From positions 1 through 62,178 of the forward strand of contig NW_024056018.1 of the NCBI RefSeq assembly GCF_902713615.1: DNA of 62,178 nt. Direction: 5' to 3'. The DNA is from Scyliorhinus canicula (lineage: Eukaryota). The notes under the pieces were generated by a model, which ran no database searches, was not told the DNA's origin, and worked only from the letters and a program-made list of their open reading frames with translations. A program made the position numbers and the translations under genes. Within the stretch, counting starts at the first letter, position 1. Each line of letters opens with the position of its first letter. Of this stretch, positions 1 through 12,143 are shown piece by piece.

Positions 1-153
1 GCTCCAACAAACACAAATAAGATGGACTTCCGGTTGGGGCCATGCTTGGCTAGGTCGCACGTTCGGTAGCTCCCGCCAAGAACGGACTTTTGGGCCCTTT
101 TGAGGAGCCCCAGCGGCACTTGTACGACGGCTCCCAGTGTGGGAAGATGATAG

Positions 154-591
154 TGAGAGTTTGGCTCGAGATAGAATCAGAGATTGATGGGAAATGGAAT
201 GTCAAGGTTTGTGTAAAATGTCTATGTGCCTTGTGAGATGAATTGCTTCTGTGTTCGGCTTGGTACGGCCTTATCGCGATCCTGGCTGTGACTGTCTGCA
301 ATAACGAGACGCAGCTGGGGAATGGGTTACTCCTTCTGAAGATAAAAATTGCCATGCTATGTAACTAATGAATTAACTGTGTGACTATTGAGACAAAGAA
401 GTAAATGTATGAAGGAGGGCTTTGAGGGATTTTGTACAAGTATATAATTAACTGTACCTGTAAGAAAATTGCCTTCACTTGCTGTAACCCAGAGTTAACA
501 GTGGTGCAGCCCCGCGGTGAATAAAAGAATCATTGAAGTAATCTGCTGTTCGACTGATACTTGCATCCGGACTGAAGTTTAGGAACTTTCA
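154..591 (+). mobile_element. Solo LTR inserted in the L1 5' UTR
   Basis: TG...CA ends with imperfect terminal inverted repeat (TGAGAGTT / AACTTTCA). 4-bp TSD ATAG at 150-153 and 592-595. Internal AATAAA near 520. Confidence 0.8.
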
Positions 592-3500
592 ATAGTAAGG
601 TTCCCCCAGCACTGTATGGAGTGGACCAGGAGTGGAGCGATCAGAAAAAGTGGTTTTGGAGCAGCGGAGAGAGCGGGGGAGGAGAAGCAAGATGGCGGCG
701 GGTGGAGATCAAGCAGTGTGGGCGCAGTGGTCGCGGGAGCAGCAGGAGTTCCTCAAAAACTGCTTTGCGGAGCTGAGAGCAGAAATACTGCCGCCAATGA
801 AGGCGTCGATAGAAAAGCTGGTGGAGACCCAGAAGGCCCAAGGGGCGGCGATTCGAGAGGTGCGGCAGAAGACCTCAGAGAACAAGGACGAATTTTGTGC
901 CTGGCAGAGAAAGTGTACGAGGCGCTACACAAGAAGTGGCAGGAGAGGTTTGAGGACCTGGATAACAGGTCGAGGAGGAAGAATCTTCAGATTCTGGGTC
1001 TCCCTGAAGGAGTGGAGGGGTCTGATGCTGGGACATATGCAGTTACAATGCTCAACACGCTGATGGGCGTGGGAGCTTTCCCGAGGCCCCTGGAGCTGGA
1101 CGGGGCTCATCGAGTCCTGGCAAGGAGGCCATAAGCCAACGAGCCGCCAAGGGCTGTAGTGGTGAGGTTCCACCGCTTTATGGACAGAGAGTTCGTCCTG
1201 AGATGGGCTAAGAAAGAATGGAGCAGCATGTGGGAGAACACAGAGATCCGTATTTACCAGGACTGGAGTGTGGAGGTGGCCAAGAAGAGGGCTGGCTTTA
1301 ATCGTGCCAAGGTGGTTCTCCATCGGAAGGGAGTGAAGTTTGGAATGCTGCAGCCCGCGCGATTGTGGGTTATGCTTTAGGACTGTCACTAATATTTTGA
1401 GGCGCCAGATGAGGCGTGGACCTTATTCAGACTGAAAAGCTGTACTCGAACTGAGGGTTGTTGTGGGGGGTGTTCACTGTATTGTGAGGGTGTTCTGCTG
1501 GTTTCGGGTTGAGAAGAGGGGACATAGGGAAGGGGGAGTGGGTATGATGTGGGGGCTGTGTGAGAGTGTGGGCGCAGGTACTGTAGGGGCAAGTCCCCAC
1601 TGATGGAGGGGGGTTGGAGGCCCGGGTTGGGGAGCTGGGGCGAGGTCGCAGACAAAGGAGCTGCGCCATGGGGGCGGGGCCAGCTCGAATGGAAAGCGTG
1701 GGCTTTTTCCCAACGCTAAGGATGGGCGGGGCCTGGGGGAAAGGGCAGTGCTGGAGGAGAGTGCATATTGATCGGCAGGGGGGGGCGGGGGGATTCCCAC
1801 TCTGGGGGGTTGTTGGAATGGCGGGAGGGGCCAGGGTCAGCAGGAGTCCGCTGACTTACGGGAGCAGGAACGGGGGGAGCAAAATGGCTGGACTAGTGGT
1901 CTGGCTGGGGGGGTGGGGGGGGGAACTGGGTTGCTGCTTGTATTGGCCAAAGGGGAGCTGGAGGTAGAAGAGGGAGTCGGGGTGGGGGTCCGCTGACTGG
2001 GGGACTGGAGGGTGCGGGAGATGTGGGCACGTGGCTGGCCTAAAAAAGGGGATGGCTAGTCAACAAGGGGGGGCGACTAGCCCCCTGATCCAGCTGATAA
2101 CATGGAATATGAGGGGCCTGAATGGGCCGGTCAAGAGGGCCCGTGTGTTCGCCCACTTAAAGGGACTGAAGGCCGACGTGGTCATGCTACAGGAGACACA
2201 CTTGAACGTGGCAGATCAGGTTAGGCTGAGAAAGGGATGGGTAGGGCAAGTTTTTCACTCAGGGCTAGATGCGAAGAATAGAGGGGTTGCAATACTGGTG
2301 GGAACGGGTGTCGTTTCATGCGATGAATATTGTGGTGGATAATGGAGGTCGGGATGTGATGGTGAGTGGAAGGTTACAGGGGATGCGGGTGGTACTGGTG
2401 AACTGTTTATGCCCCAAATTGGGATGATGCCGGATTTATGAAACGTATGTTGAGTCGGATTCCTGGACCTGGAGGAAGGGAGCTTGATAATGGGAAGGCG
2501 GGGGGGGGGGGGGGGGGGGGGAACTTCAACACGGTGCTAGACCAAGCACTGGACCGTTCCAGGTCCAGGACGGGTAAGAGGCCGGCTGCGGCCAAGGTGC
2601 TCAGGGGGTTTATGGACCAGATCGGGGGAGTGGATCTGTAGAGGTTTGCCAGGCCGGTGGCCAGAGAATTTTCTTTTTCTCCCACGTCCATAAAGCCTAT
2701 TCCCGGATAGATTTCTTTATAATGAGTAGGGCACAATCCCGAAAGTGGAGGGAACGGAATATTCGGCTATAGCCATCTTGGACCACGCCCTGCATTGTGT
2801 GGAGCTGGAGTTGGGGGAGCAGAGGGACCAGGGCCCGTTATGGCCCCTCGATGCAGCACTGTTGGCAGATGAGGAGGTATGCGAGCGGATCCGGGGGTGT
2901 ATTCAAAGATACATGGAGGCCAACGGTAATGGGGAGGTGCAGGTGGGGGTAGTCTGGGAGGCTTTGAAGGCGGTGGTTAGGGGAGAGCTAAATTCCATTA
3001 GGGCCCATAGGGAGAAGAGAGAGAGGAGGGAGAGGGAGAGATTTGTGGGGAGATATTAAGGGTGGACAGGAGCTATGCAGAGGCCCCCGAGGAGGGGTTG
3101 CTTAGGGAGCGATGAAACCTCCAAATGGAATTTGATCTATTGAGCACGGGAAAAGCAGAGGCGCAGTGGAGGAAAATGCAGGGGGCGGTATATGAGTATG
3201 GGAGAAGGTGAGCCGATGCTGGCACATCAGCTTCATAGGAGGGAGGGAGATTGGTGGCATTAGAGACAGAGGGGGGAATACGGTGCAGAGTGTGGTGAGA
3301 ATAAACGAGGTCCTTAGTGACTTCTATGGGGATCTGTATAGGTCTGAGCCCCCGGAGGAGGGGAGGGGATATGGCGATTCTTGGATCAACTGAGGGTGGA
3401 GGAGGAGCAGGTGGCTGGTTTGGGGTGCTCATTGGGCTGGAGGAGCTGGTTAAGGGATTGGGGAGCATGCAGGCGGGGAAGGCTCCAGGACCGGACAGGT

Positions 3501-3696
3501 TCCCGGTTGAATTTTACAGAAAGTATGTGGACCTGCTGGGCCCGTTGCTGGTGAGAACTTTTAATGAGGCGAGGGAGGAGGGAACCCTGCCCCCGACAAT
3601 GTCCCGGGCACTGATCTCGCTGATTTTGAAGCGGGACAAGGATCCATTGCAATGTGGATCGTATAGGCCGATTTCGCTCCTCAATGTAGACGCCAC

Positions 3697-4444
3697 GGGC
3701 GCGATTCTCCGCACTCACGACGGGGCGGAGAATAGCGGGCGGCGTAAATTTTTACAGCCACGCTGGTCCGACGCCCTCCCGCTATTCTCCCCCCCCCCCC
3801 CCCCCCCCACGCCCGCCTCCCGACACGAATCGCTGCCCGCAGTTTTTTTACGGCGAGCAGCGATTCACCCCTGGCCGATGGGCCGATTTCCAAGGCCTTT
3901 ACGACCGTTTTTATGAACGTAAAACACACCTGGTCTGACCGTTCGTAAAAACGGCCATAAAGTCCCGATCTGGGGAACCATGGCACCGATTGGCACGGCA
4001 GTACCACGGCCGTGCCAAGGGTGCCATGGGCCCGCGATCGGTGGGCACCGATCGCTGGCAGCGGGTACTTACCCCGCGCACTCTTTCTCCCTCCGCCGCC
4101 CCGCTGTATCCATTCGCGGGGCGGCTGAGGGGCATACCGGCCCGCGCATGCGTGTGTTTCATGCATATGCGTGATGACGTCATCCGCGCATACGCGGGTT
4201 GGAGTCGTCCAATCCGCGCATGCACGGCTGACGTCATCTGATGCGTCAGCCGTCGCTAACTCTGGCTAGCGGGCTTAACGAAATTCATTAAGCCCGCCAT
4301 GCCTGGAGTTCACGGCCGCGCGATGCTAGCCCCGACCGGGGAGCAGAATCGGTTCCCAGTCGGGGGGGGGCGGAGGCTGGCGTCAAACCCGCCCGTTTTT
4401 GACGCCTGCTTCCCGAGTCTTCGTGACTCGGGAGAATCGCGCCC
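3697..4444. mobile_element. Non-autonomous DNA transposon (MITE, possibly PIF/Harbinger-like) inserted in L1 ORF2
   Basis: Perfect 14-bp TIR GGGCGCGATTCTCC...GGAGAATCGCGCCC. It splits the L1 peptide LLNVDA/KLLAK, which is intact in the second L1. Flanks CAC/TAC suggest an imperfect 3-bp TSD. Confidence 0.85.
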
Positions 4445-6984
4445 TACGTTTTTGGCGAAGGTTCCGGCTATGTGGATTGAGGACTGTGTCCCGGGGGTAA
4501 TCCATGAGGACCAGATGGGGTTTGTGAAGGGCAGGCAGTTAAATACGAATGTGCGGAGGCTCCTAAATGTGATCATGATGCCCTCGGTGGAGGGGGTAGC
4601 GGAGGTAGTGGCAGCCATGGACACGGAGAAGGCCTTTGATCGGGTGGAGTGTAAGTATCTCTGGGAAGTGCTTCGGAGGTTTGGGTTCGGTGAAGGTTTC
4701 ATAAGGTGGGTCAGTCTGTTATATAGGGCCCCAGTGGCGAGTGCGACTATGAACCGGCGGAGGTCGGAGTACTTTAGGTTGTGCCGCGGGATGAAGCAGG
4801 GGTGTCCCTTATCGCCCTTGTTGTTTGCACTGGCAATTGAGCCACTGGCCATGACACTGAGGGAGTCTAGGAACCGGAGGGGATTGGTTCGGGGAGGGGA
4901 GGAACACCGGGTGTCATTATATGCTGATGACCTGCTGTTATATGTTGCAGACCCAGTGGAGGGGATGGTGGAGGTTATGCGGATCCTTGGGGAGTTTGGA
5001 GACTTTTCGGGTTATAAGCTCAATGTGGGGAAGCGTGAGCTCTTTGTGGTGCAGCCAGGGGACCAGGGAAGGGGGATAGACGTGTTACCGCTGAAGAGGG
5101 CGGAGAGGAGCTTTCGATACCTGGGGATCCAGGTAGCTAGGAACTTGGGGGCCCTGCATAAGCTCAATTTGGCACAGTTGGTGGAACAGATGGAGGAAGA
5201 TTTCAAGAGATGGGATATGCTGCCACTCTCCCTTGCGGGTAGGGTGCAGTCGGTCAAGACGATGGTCCTCCCGAGGTTCCTGTTTGTGTTCTGGTGCCTG
5301 CCCATCCTAATCCCCAAGGCTTTTTTAAAACGGGTACGCAGGAGCATTATGGGATTCGTATGGGCGAATAAACACCCTGAGGGCGATGAGGGTGTTTTTG
5401 GAGCATAGCAGGGACAGAGGGGAGCTGACGCTGCCAAATCTATGTGGCTATTATTGGGCAGCTAATGTGGTGATGATCCGCAAGTGGGTAATGGAGGGAG
5501 AGGGGTGGTGTGGAAAAGGCTAGAGGTGGCGTCTTGTGTGGGTACGAGTCTGGGGGCGCTGGTGACGGCACCGTTGCCGCTCCTGCCGACAAGATACACC
5601 ATGAGTCCGGTGGTGGCGGTGACTCTGAAGATCTGGGGGCAGTGGAGGTGGCATGGGGCGAGGTGGGGGCCTCGGTCTGGTCCCCGATACGAGAGAACCA
5701 CAGGTTTGTTCCGGGTAGGATGGATAGGGGTTTCTGAGCTGGCATCGGGCATGGATTCAAAGAATGGGGGACCTATTCATCAATGGGACGTTTGCGAGCC
5801 TCGGGGCGCTAGAGGAGAAATTTGGGTTACCTCCCGAGAATGCTTTTAGGTCCATGCAAGTGAGTGCGTTTGTGAGACGGCAGGTGAGGGAATTTGCGCG
5901 GCACCCAGCATGAAGGATTCAGGACAGGGTGATTTCGGGAATATGGGTTGGAGAAGGCAAGGTCTCGGTGATCTATCAGGAACTGCAGGAAGTGGAGGAG
6001 GCCTCGGTGGAGGAGTTAAAGGGCAAGTGGGGGGAGGAGCTGGATGAGGATATGTGGGCTGATGCCCTGAGTAGGGTTAATTCCTCCTTCTCTTGCGCCA
6101 GGCTCAGCCTAATACAGTTCAAAGTTGTTCATAGGGCACACATGACGGGGGCGAGGATGAGAAGGTTTTTTGGGGTGGAGAACAGGTGTGGGTGTGCTCG
6201 GGGAGCCCAGCAAATCACACCCATATGTTCTGGACTTGCCCAGTGCTGGAGGGGCTTTGCGAGGACTATGTCCAAAGTGGTGAACACCCGGGTCAAGCCG
6301 AGCTGGGGAATAGCATTATCTGGGGTATCGGACAAGCCGGGAGTGCAGGAGCCGAAGGAGGCCAGTGTTCTGACCTTTGCGTCCCTGGTAGCCCGGCGGA
6401 GGATGCTACTAATGTGGAGGGATGTGAAGCTCCCAAGCGTGGAAGCTTGGATTAACGATATGGCCGGGTTCATCAAGCTGGAAAGGATAAAGTTTGCCTT
6501 GCGAGGGTCAGTGCAGGGGTTATCCAGGAGGTGGCAACCGTTCCTTGACTTTCTCGTGGAACGTTAGGTGGAGGTCAATAGCAGCAGCAACGGCGGGGGG
6601 GGGTGTGGTTTTTCTTTTTTGTTCAGATTAGAATGGGGCGTTTTCCTTACTGGCGTGTTTATTTGTTAAATAGGGATTATTGTATTTTGTTGGAAATCCC
6701 ATGTATAATTTTTGCTTGTTTTGTGTTTTATTCCTTTTTCTGTTTGGAGTGGTTTGTTGAAAATTTGAATAAACATTTTTTTTTTAAAAACCATCCCCTG
6801 CAGGTTCCACTTCAAGGACTTTCACGCACTGTCCGAACTTGTCTGAGATCCAGTACTGGAGGAGCAGAAATTTCCTCTTTAAATATTGAGAAGAATTGAG
6901 AATTCCCTTGCCACTAACTCCATCCCTGTCCCTGCCAAATGTCTGAGGCAGAAGCAGCCTGTTCACAACGCTGGTGAAATATTG

Positions 6985-7329
6985 GGGCAGCAGGGTAGCA
7001 TGGTGGTTAGCATAAATGCTTCACAGCTCCAGGGTCCCAGGTTCGATTCCCAGCTGGGTCACTGTCTGTGTGGAGTCTGCACATCCTCCCCCTGTGTGCG
7101 TGGGTTTCCTCCGGGTGCTCCGGTTTCCTCCCACAGTCCAAAGATGTGCGGGTTAGGTGGATTGGCCATGCTAAATTGCCCGTAGTGTCCTAATAAAAGT
7201 AAGGTTAAGGGGGGGGTTGTTGGGTTACGGGTATAGGGTGGATACGTGGGTTTGAGTAGGGTGATCATGGCTCGGCACAACATTGAGGGCAGAAGGGCCT
7301 GTTCTGTGCTGTACTGTTCTATGTTCTAT
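6985..7329 (+). mobile_element. tRNA-derived SINE (HE1/V-SINE-like family, young copy)
   Basis: A/B-box-like head (GGTAGCATGGTGGTTAG, GGTTCGATTCCC), conserved central domain and short-repeat tail. Nearly identical to 44836-45177. Confidence 0.85.
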
Positions 7330-7711
7330 TTCACCCCTTTTGAGCTTCCGAACACATATCCACATCATCACCAAGATCATCTATTTCCACCTCAGCAACA
7401 CAGCCTGACTCCGACTTGGTGTCTTTTTATCTGCTGCAGAAACCATCATTCAATCTTTTGTTACCTCTCGACCAATTTTTTCTAACGCATCCCCAGTCAG
7501 CCCTCAATGTTAAACAACCCCTCCATCCCATCCAAAACTCTGCGACCCATGTGTTTACTCAGAAGTATTGTTTACCCATCCCCTGTGCTCACTGATCTAC
7601 AAATGATTCCCTTTCAGAAGCACCGAAAGTTGAAATTTCTCATTCTTCTATTGCCATAGTTGTGATCATCCTGATCTCTGTAATCTCCCCCCCCCCCCCC
7701 CCTTTCCTCCA

Positions 7712-7742
<31 letters not shown>

Positions 7743-8059
7743 ATTCCTCCCCACCTCTTGGAGATCTCTGTCCTCATTAATTCCGGCCAGTACAGCATTC
7801 CTTATTTTTCTGACGCTCCACCATTTCTGGTCTTTTATCATTTGGCTGGGCCACAAGCTCTGAAATTTCCACCCTAAAACTCTGCGATTCTATAACTTAC
7901 TTTCCTCCAGTTAGATTGTCCTCTAAAGCTAACATCTCCTGTGGCTCAATGTCAATTGTTATTTTGTAAAGTTTCTCTGAAAAGTCTGAAAGTTTTATTC
8001 TGGTCAAGGCACAATATGAATTATTGTCACTGCCCTGGACATATATCATTGCTCTGCCT

Positions 8060-8540
8060 TATAAATACTCAGAGTGAAACAGTTTGATGGACATTCTGAC
8101 ACGAAGAAACATTTTTTTTAAGATTGCCCCCATCAATGATGGCCACTGCGCCTGCGCTTTGCTGTTCCTGTCCCAATAAAGATGGCGGGCGCGCATGCGC
8201 ACTGCTGCGAGCAGCGCCGATTAAAATGGATAATGCGCGTGCGCATTGCTGTCAGTGCGCAACAAAGATGGCGGCCGCTTTGTCCTGTCAGAAAGCTGCA
8301 GTCCGCGCTCAGGTCACCGGGTCGCGGTAGGGTATTTTTCCAGGTTTCCTGTTTCTATAACATGTTTATAAAGTGTGTCCAATGATCCGGCTGATCTGTC
8401 CGACCTGCCATTCCCACCCTTTACGGATTGTGGATCCGAGAAATTACCTTCGCGTCGCCATTAATCAGACCGCGCATGCGTCACTCAGCCCAGTCCCGCC
8501 CCCTCATTCACTCTGATTGGCTGGAGGACCAGCCGCTCCC
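8060..8540. promoter_or_regulatory. CpG-rich promoter module (YY1, NRF1, GC-box, CCAAT)
   Basis: AAGATGGCGG twice, GCGCATGCG twice, CCCGCCCC and GATTGG. Reverse-complement paralog of 53130-53650. Confidence 0.65.
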
Positions 8541-8574
8541 TTCATGGGTTGAATGAAGGTCAAGGCAATAGTTA

Positions 8575-8860
8575 AACAAAGAACAAAAATACCACAGCAC
8601 AGGAACAGGCCCTTCGCCCTCCCAGCCTGCGCCGATCCAGATCCTTTATCTAGACCCGTCGCCTATTTTCCAAGGATCTACTTCCCTCTGTTGCCCGCCC
8701 TTTCATATATCTGTCTAGATGCATCTTAAACGACGCTATCGTGCCCGCCTCTACCACCTCCGCTGGCAAAGCATTCCAGGCACCCACCACCCTCTGCGTA
8801 AAAAAGCTTCCATCGCACATCTCCCTTAAACTTTCCCCCTCTCACCTTGAAATCGTGACC
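8575..8860 (-). mobile_element. CR1/L2-type LINE 3' fragment
   Basis: Shares the AACAAA...CAGCACAGGAACAGGCCCTTC end with 58466-58760 and resembles 40155-40380. Confidence 0.6.
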
Positions 8861-8869
8861 CAAAAAGTT

Positions 8870-9670
8870 GGATTATTGAAAGACTTGATGGATACAATTT
8901 TTCGGGTTGCAGAATAAAAAATGACATATTTCACTCCCCACAGGCTTGAGCTGCCTTTGAACTTCATCGAAGCCTCGACACTTTGTGTTGCTGCTGAAAA
9001 GTCCTGAATCCTCCCTCCCTTCTGGTGCCAGGTGCCACCTCACCGTACCCGTCTCCAGGTCCTTCTGGCGATCTTTCATGTTGTGGAAGTGAATGATAAC
9101 AGGTCTGGGATGAAAACTATCCCTCAGCCTCAGAGACAGGATATAATGTATCCTTTCTCATTTGAAACACCCAGCTTGAGAAAACATGGCAGCCGGTCCT
9201 CGAAGAACCTAATGGGAGCCTTACCCTCCACACCTTCTGACAGGCTGACCTCTCAGATTTTCTTTCTCCGACCCTCGGTTCTCCAAGTCCTCTAGGACCT
9301 CCGCCACGGCACTCGGCTGGTTTTCAAAGGATTGAATTCTTGCCTCTGTCGAGGAGGCATCTTGCTCCGGATCATCGAGCCTCGTCATGGCATTTTGTAG
9401 CTGGGCCTCATGAGCACACAGATATTGAGTCAGCACACTCAGCCTCTGGTCAGTAACACGGATAATGTCGGCAGTCATCATTTTCAGCACCTCCCAGAGA
9501 GCTCCAGAGAGCGCGGGGTCGAGAGACCTCCTGAGGGTCAGGCCGCCATGTTGTAAAAGCGGCTCCATCCCCACTGAATCTACCTGCGCTGCTTTATCAA
9601 TGATTTCTTGACTTTTTCCGGCATAATCTGACCAGACCAAACCTCCGATGTCTTCCAGGGACATCATAAC
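8870..9670 (-). mobile_element. L1 ORF1 fragment (different subfamily)
   Basis: Minus-strand peptides LEDLENRG..ENLR and RGFDEVQRQLKPVG are typical of L1 ORF1p. Confidence 0.7.
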
Positions 9671-10214
9671 AAATATTAATTCAAAGATTATATAGGTGAG
9701 TGCGAGGCAATCAGGGTAAGTGAGAAATTATAGTTGTGTGGTGCCAGAACCTGGATGTTGAGGGTTATGGGAACTGGCAGATAAATGGAGAGAAAGCTGA
9801 GATGAGGTAATTCTGTCCTGTACTGACAGGGATAAATTTTGTTAAATGTTTTCACAGGATACTAGATGAGGAGGAATTACAGACAGAAATCTCAAACGTC
9901 ACGTCTCGATCTGATAGTTACTGGATTCCCTGGAACCTCAATATCGTCGGCCTTTCAATCTAGAAGGAGAAATGTTTGCCCGAACTGTCAGCTCAAGATT
10001 TAAAACATCCGTGTGACTGAAAAAGCACCGAGACCCACACAACACACACCCGAGTGAGTGTGTTCCACTGAACTTACTGTGGAAAGAGCTTTAACCAGTT
10101 ACACAGCCTGAAAAACATAACATTCACAGCGGGGAGAGACCGTACCCGTGTCGTGTCTGTGGAAGAGGCTTCAACTGATTGTCCAGCCTGGAGAGACACG
10201 AGGAGACCCAAAAC

Positions 10215-11444
10215 ATGGAGAAACCGTGGAAATGTGGGGACTGTGGGAAGGGATTCCGAGCCCCATCAGAGGTGGAAACTCATCGACGCATTCACACTGG
10301 GGAGAGGCCGTTCTCCTGCTCCCAGTGTGGGAAAGGATTTACTGAAGTATACATCCTGCAGACACACCAGCGAGTTCACACTGGGGAGAGGCCATTCACC
10401 TGCTCTCAGTGTGGGAAAGGATTTTGTGATTCGTCTAACCTATTGAGACACCAGCGAATTCACACTGGGGAGAGGCCATTCACATGCTCTCAGTGTGGGA
10501 AAGGATTTAATCAATTATCTACCCTACAGAAACACCAGCGAGTTCACACCGGGGAGAGACCGTTCTCCTGCCAGTGTGGGAAAGAATTTACTGAAGTATC
10601 CAGCCTGCAGTCACACGAGCGAGTTCACACCGGGGAAAGGCCATTCACCTGCTCTCAGTGTGGGAAAGGATTTTATAATTCGTCCCGCCTATTGAGACAC
10701 CAGCGAATTCATACCGGGGAGAGGCCGTTCTCCTGCCAGTGTGGGAAAGGATTTACTCAATCATCCCACCTGCAGAAACACCAGCGAGTTCACACTGGGG
10801 AGAGGCCGTTCACCTGCTCTCAGTGTGGGAAGGGATTCACTCAGTTATCTCACTTGCAGTCACACCAGCGAGTTCACACCGGGGAGAGGCCATTCACCTG
10901 CTCCCAGTGTGGGAAAGGATTTTGTGATTCATCTCGCCTATTGAAACACCAGCTAATTCACACGGAGAGGCCATTCACATGCTCTCAGTGTGGGAAAGGA
11001 TTTACTGAACTGTGCAGTTTGGAGAAACACCAGCGAGTTCACACTGGGGAGAGGCCATTCACCTGCTCTCAGTGTGGGAAGGGATTCACTCAGTTATCTC
11101 ACCTGCAGAGACATCAGCGAGTTCACACTGGGGAGAGGCCATTCACCTGCTCTCAGTGTGGGAAGGGATTCACTCAGTTATCCAACCTGCGGACACACCA
11201 GCGAGTTCACACTAGGGAGAGGCCATTCACCTGCTCTCAGTGTGGGAAGGGATTCACTCGGTTATCCAACCTGCAGAGACATCAGCGAGTTCACACTGGG
11301 GAGAGGCCATTCACCTGCTCTCAGTGTGGGAAGGGATTCACTCAGTTATCCAACCTGCGGACACACCAGCGAGTTCACACTGGGGAGACGCCATCCACCT
11401 CTCACTGTGAGACGGGATTGCCTGTTTCATCAGACCTGCTGTGA
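10215..11444 (+). CDS. C2H2 zinc-finger protein, 14 tandem fingers, no KRAB or SCAN domain visible (ZNF-A)
   Basis: Open frame from ATG ([14 protein letters not shown]) with repeated C-x2-C-x12-H-x3-H and TGERPF linkers. Splice acceptor TTTTCACAG at 9849-9857. Broken fingers lie upstream of the ATG. The supplied ORF starts at a non-ATG codon (10179). Confidence 0.9.
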   Translation: MEKPWKCGDCGKGFRAPSEVETHRRIHTGERPFSCSQCGKGFTEVYILQTHQRVHTGERPFTCSQCGKGFCDSSNLLRHQRIHTGERPFTCSQCGKGFNQLSTLQKHQRVHTGERPFSCQCGKEFTEVSSLQSHERVHTGERPFTCSQCGKGFYNSSRLLRHQRIHTGERPFSCQCGKGFTQSSHLQKHQRVHTGERPFTCSQCGKGFTQLSHLQSHQRVHTGERPFTCSQCGKGFCDSSRLLKHQLIHTERPFTCSQCGKGFTELCSLEKHQRVHTGERPFTCSQCGKGFTQLSHLQRHQRVHTGERPFTCSQCGKGFTQLSNLRTHQRVHTRERPFTCSQCGKGFTRLSNLQRHQRVHTGERPFTCSQCGKGFTQLSNLRTHQRVHTGETPSTSHCETGLPVSSDLL

Positions 11445-11910
11445 CACCAACAATTTCACAATTGATTACAGGGGTTGGATTCTGCTGTGATTGTTTCTGC
11501 TCTACAGCCAGGACTGCATTTTGTTCCTTCTGACAGGTGGTCAGTGGGGATGGTCGGAGGGTTTCTTTCTGCTGGACTGGCTGGTCTCACCACTTTTCCT
11601 CCAGTGGGCTGATTCTCTTTGAGCCTTGTTGCTAATACCTGGCTTCAAATTGCACAAGGATCACAAAGTGAAAGGGTGTTTGGAAGTTAGAAGATGTTTA
11701 GTTTCCATTTCTGTTTCAAACCCCACTAAGCATACCATGTTGCCATGGAGATGGACCCTGGTGGTTACCTGGTTCTTTTGGTTCATTTATGTGGGTGTTC
11801 CTCACACAAGAAACCTATCAGGGTTTGAGGCGCAAGTTGTCTGAGGTGGACTGGGAAACTAATTGGTACAGGGAATACCTAATATTTAAGGAATTATTAC
11901 ATATTTATCA

Positions 11911-12143
11911 GGGGGTCGGTTAGCTCAGTTGGCTGGACGGCTGGTTGGTGATGCAGAGCGAGGCCAACAGTGAGGATTCAACTCCCGTACTGGTTGACTC
12001 TATTCAGGAAGGCCCCACCTTCTCAAACAGGCCCCTTGCCTGAGGTGGCTGACCCTCAGGTTAAATCACCTCCAGTCAGCTCTCGCTCTCTGTCAAATGG
12101 GAGAGAAGCCTATGGTCCTCTGGGATTTTTGCGACTTTTATTT
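11911..12143 (+). mobile_element. tRNA-derived SINE (third family); related fragment at ~41595-41700
   Basis: Head GGGGTCGGTTAGCTCAGTTGG with B-box-like GGATTCAACTCC and a T-rich tail. Confidence 0.6.

Larger units (their letters stand above)
24..6790 (+). mobile_element. L1-clade non-LTR retrotransposon, near full length, decayed (ORF1 ~690-1400; ORF2 endonuclease-RT-CCHC ~2050-6567), interrupted by a solo LTR and a MITE
   Basis: ORF1 motif LDNRSRRKNLQILGLPEG. APE endonuclease LITWNMRGLNG...MLQETH. RT motifs GKAPGPD, QGCPLSPLLF, YADD. 3' AATAAA and A-tract near 6768-6790. The 5' end GGACTTCCGG is shared with the copy at 18110. Many stops and frameshifts. Confidence 0.95.

Noticed and set aside
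6985-7060. SINE heads as tRNA genes (also 28266, 44836, 11911)
   Set aside because: They have A/B-box-like motifs but no cloverleaf, and they continue into repeated SINE bodies.
7686-7741. Long poly-C tracts as a functional element
   Set aside because: Simple homopolymers whose length is unreliable in assemblies, with no supporting context.
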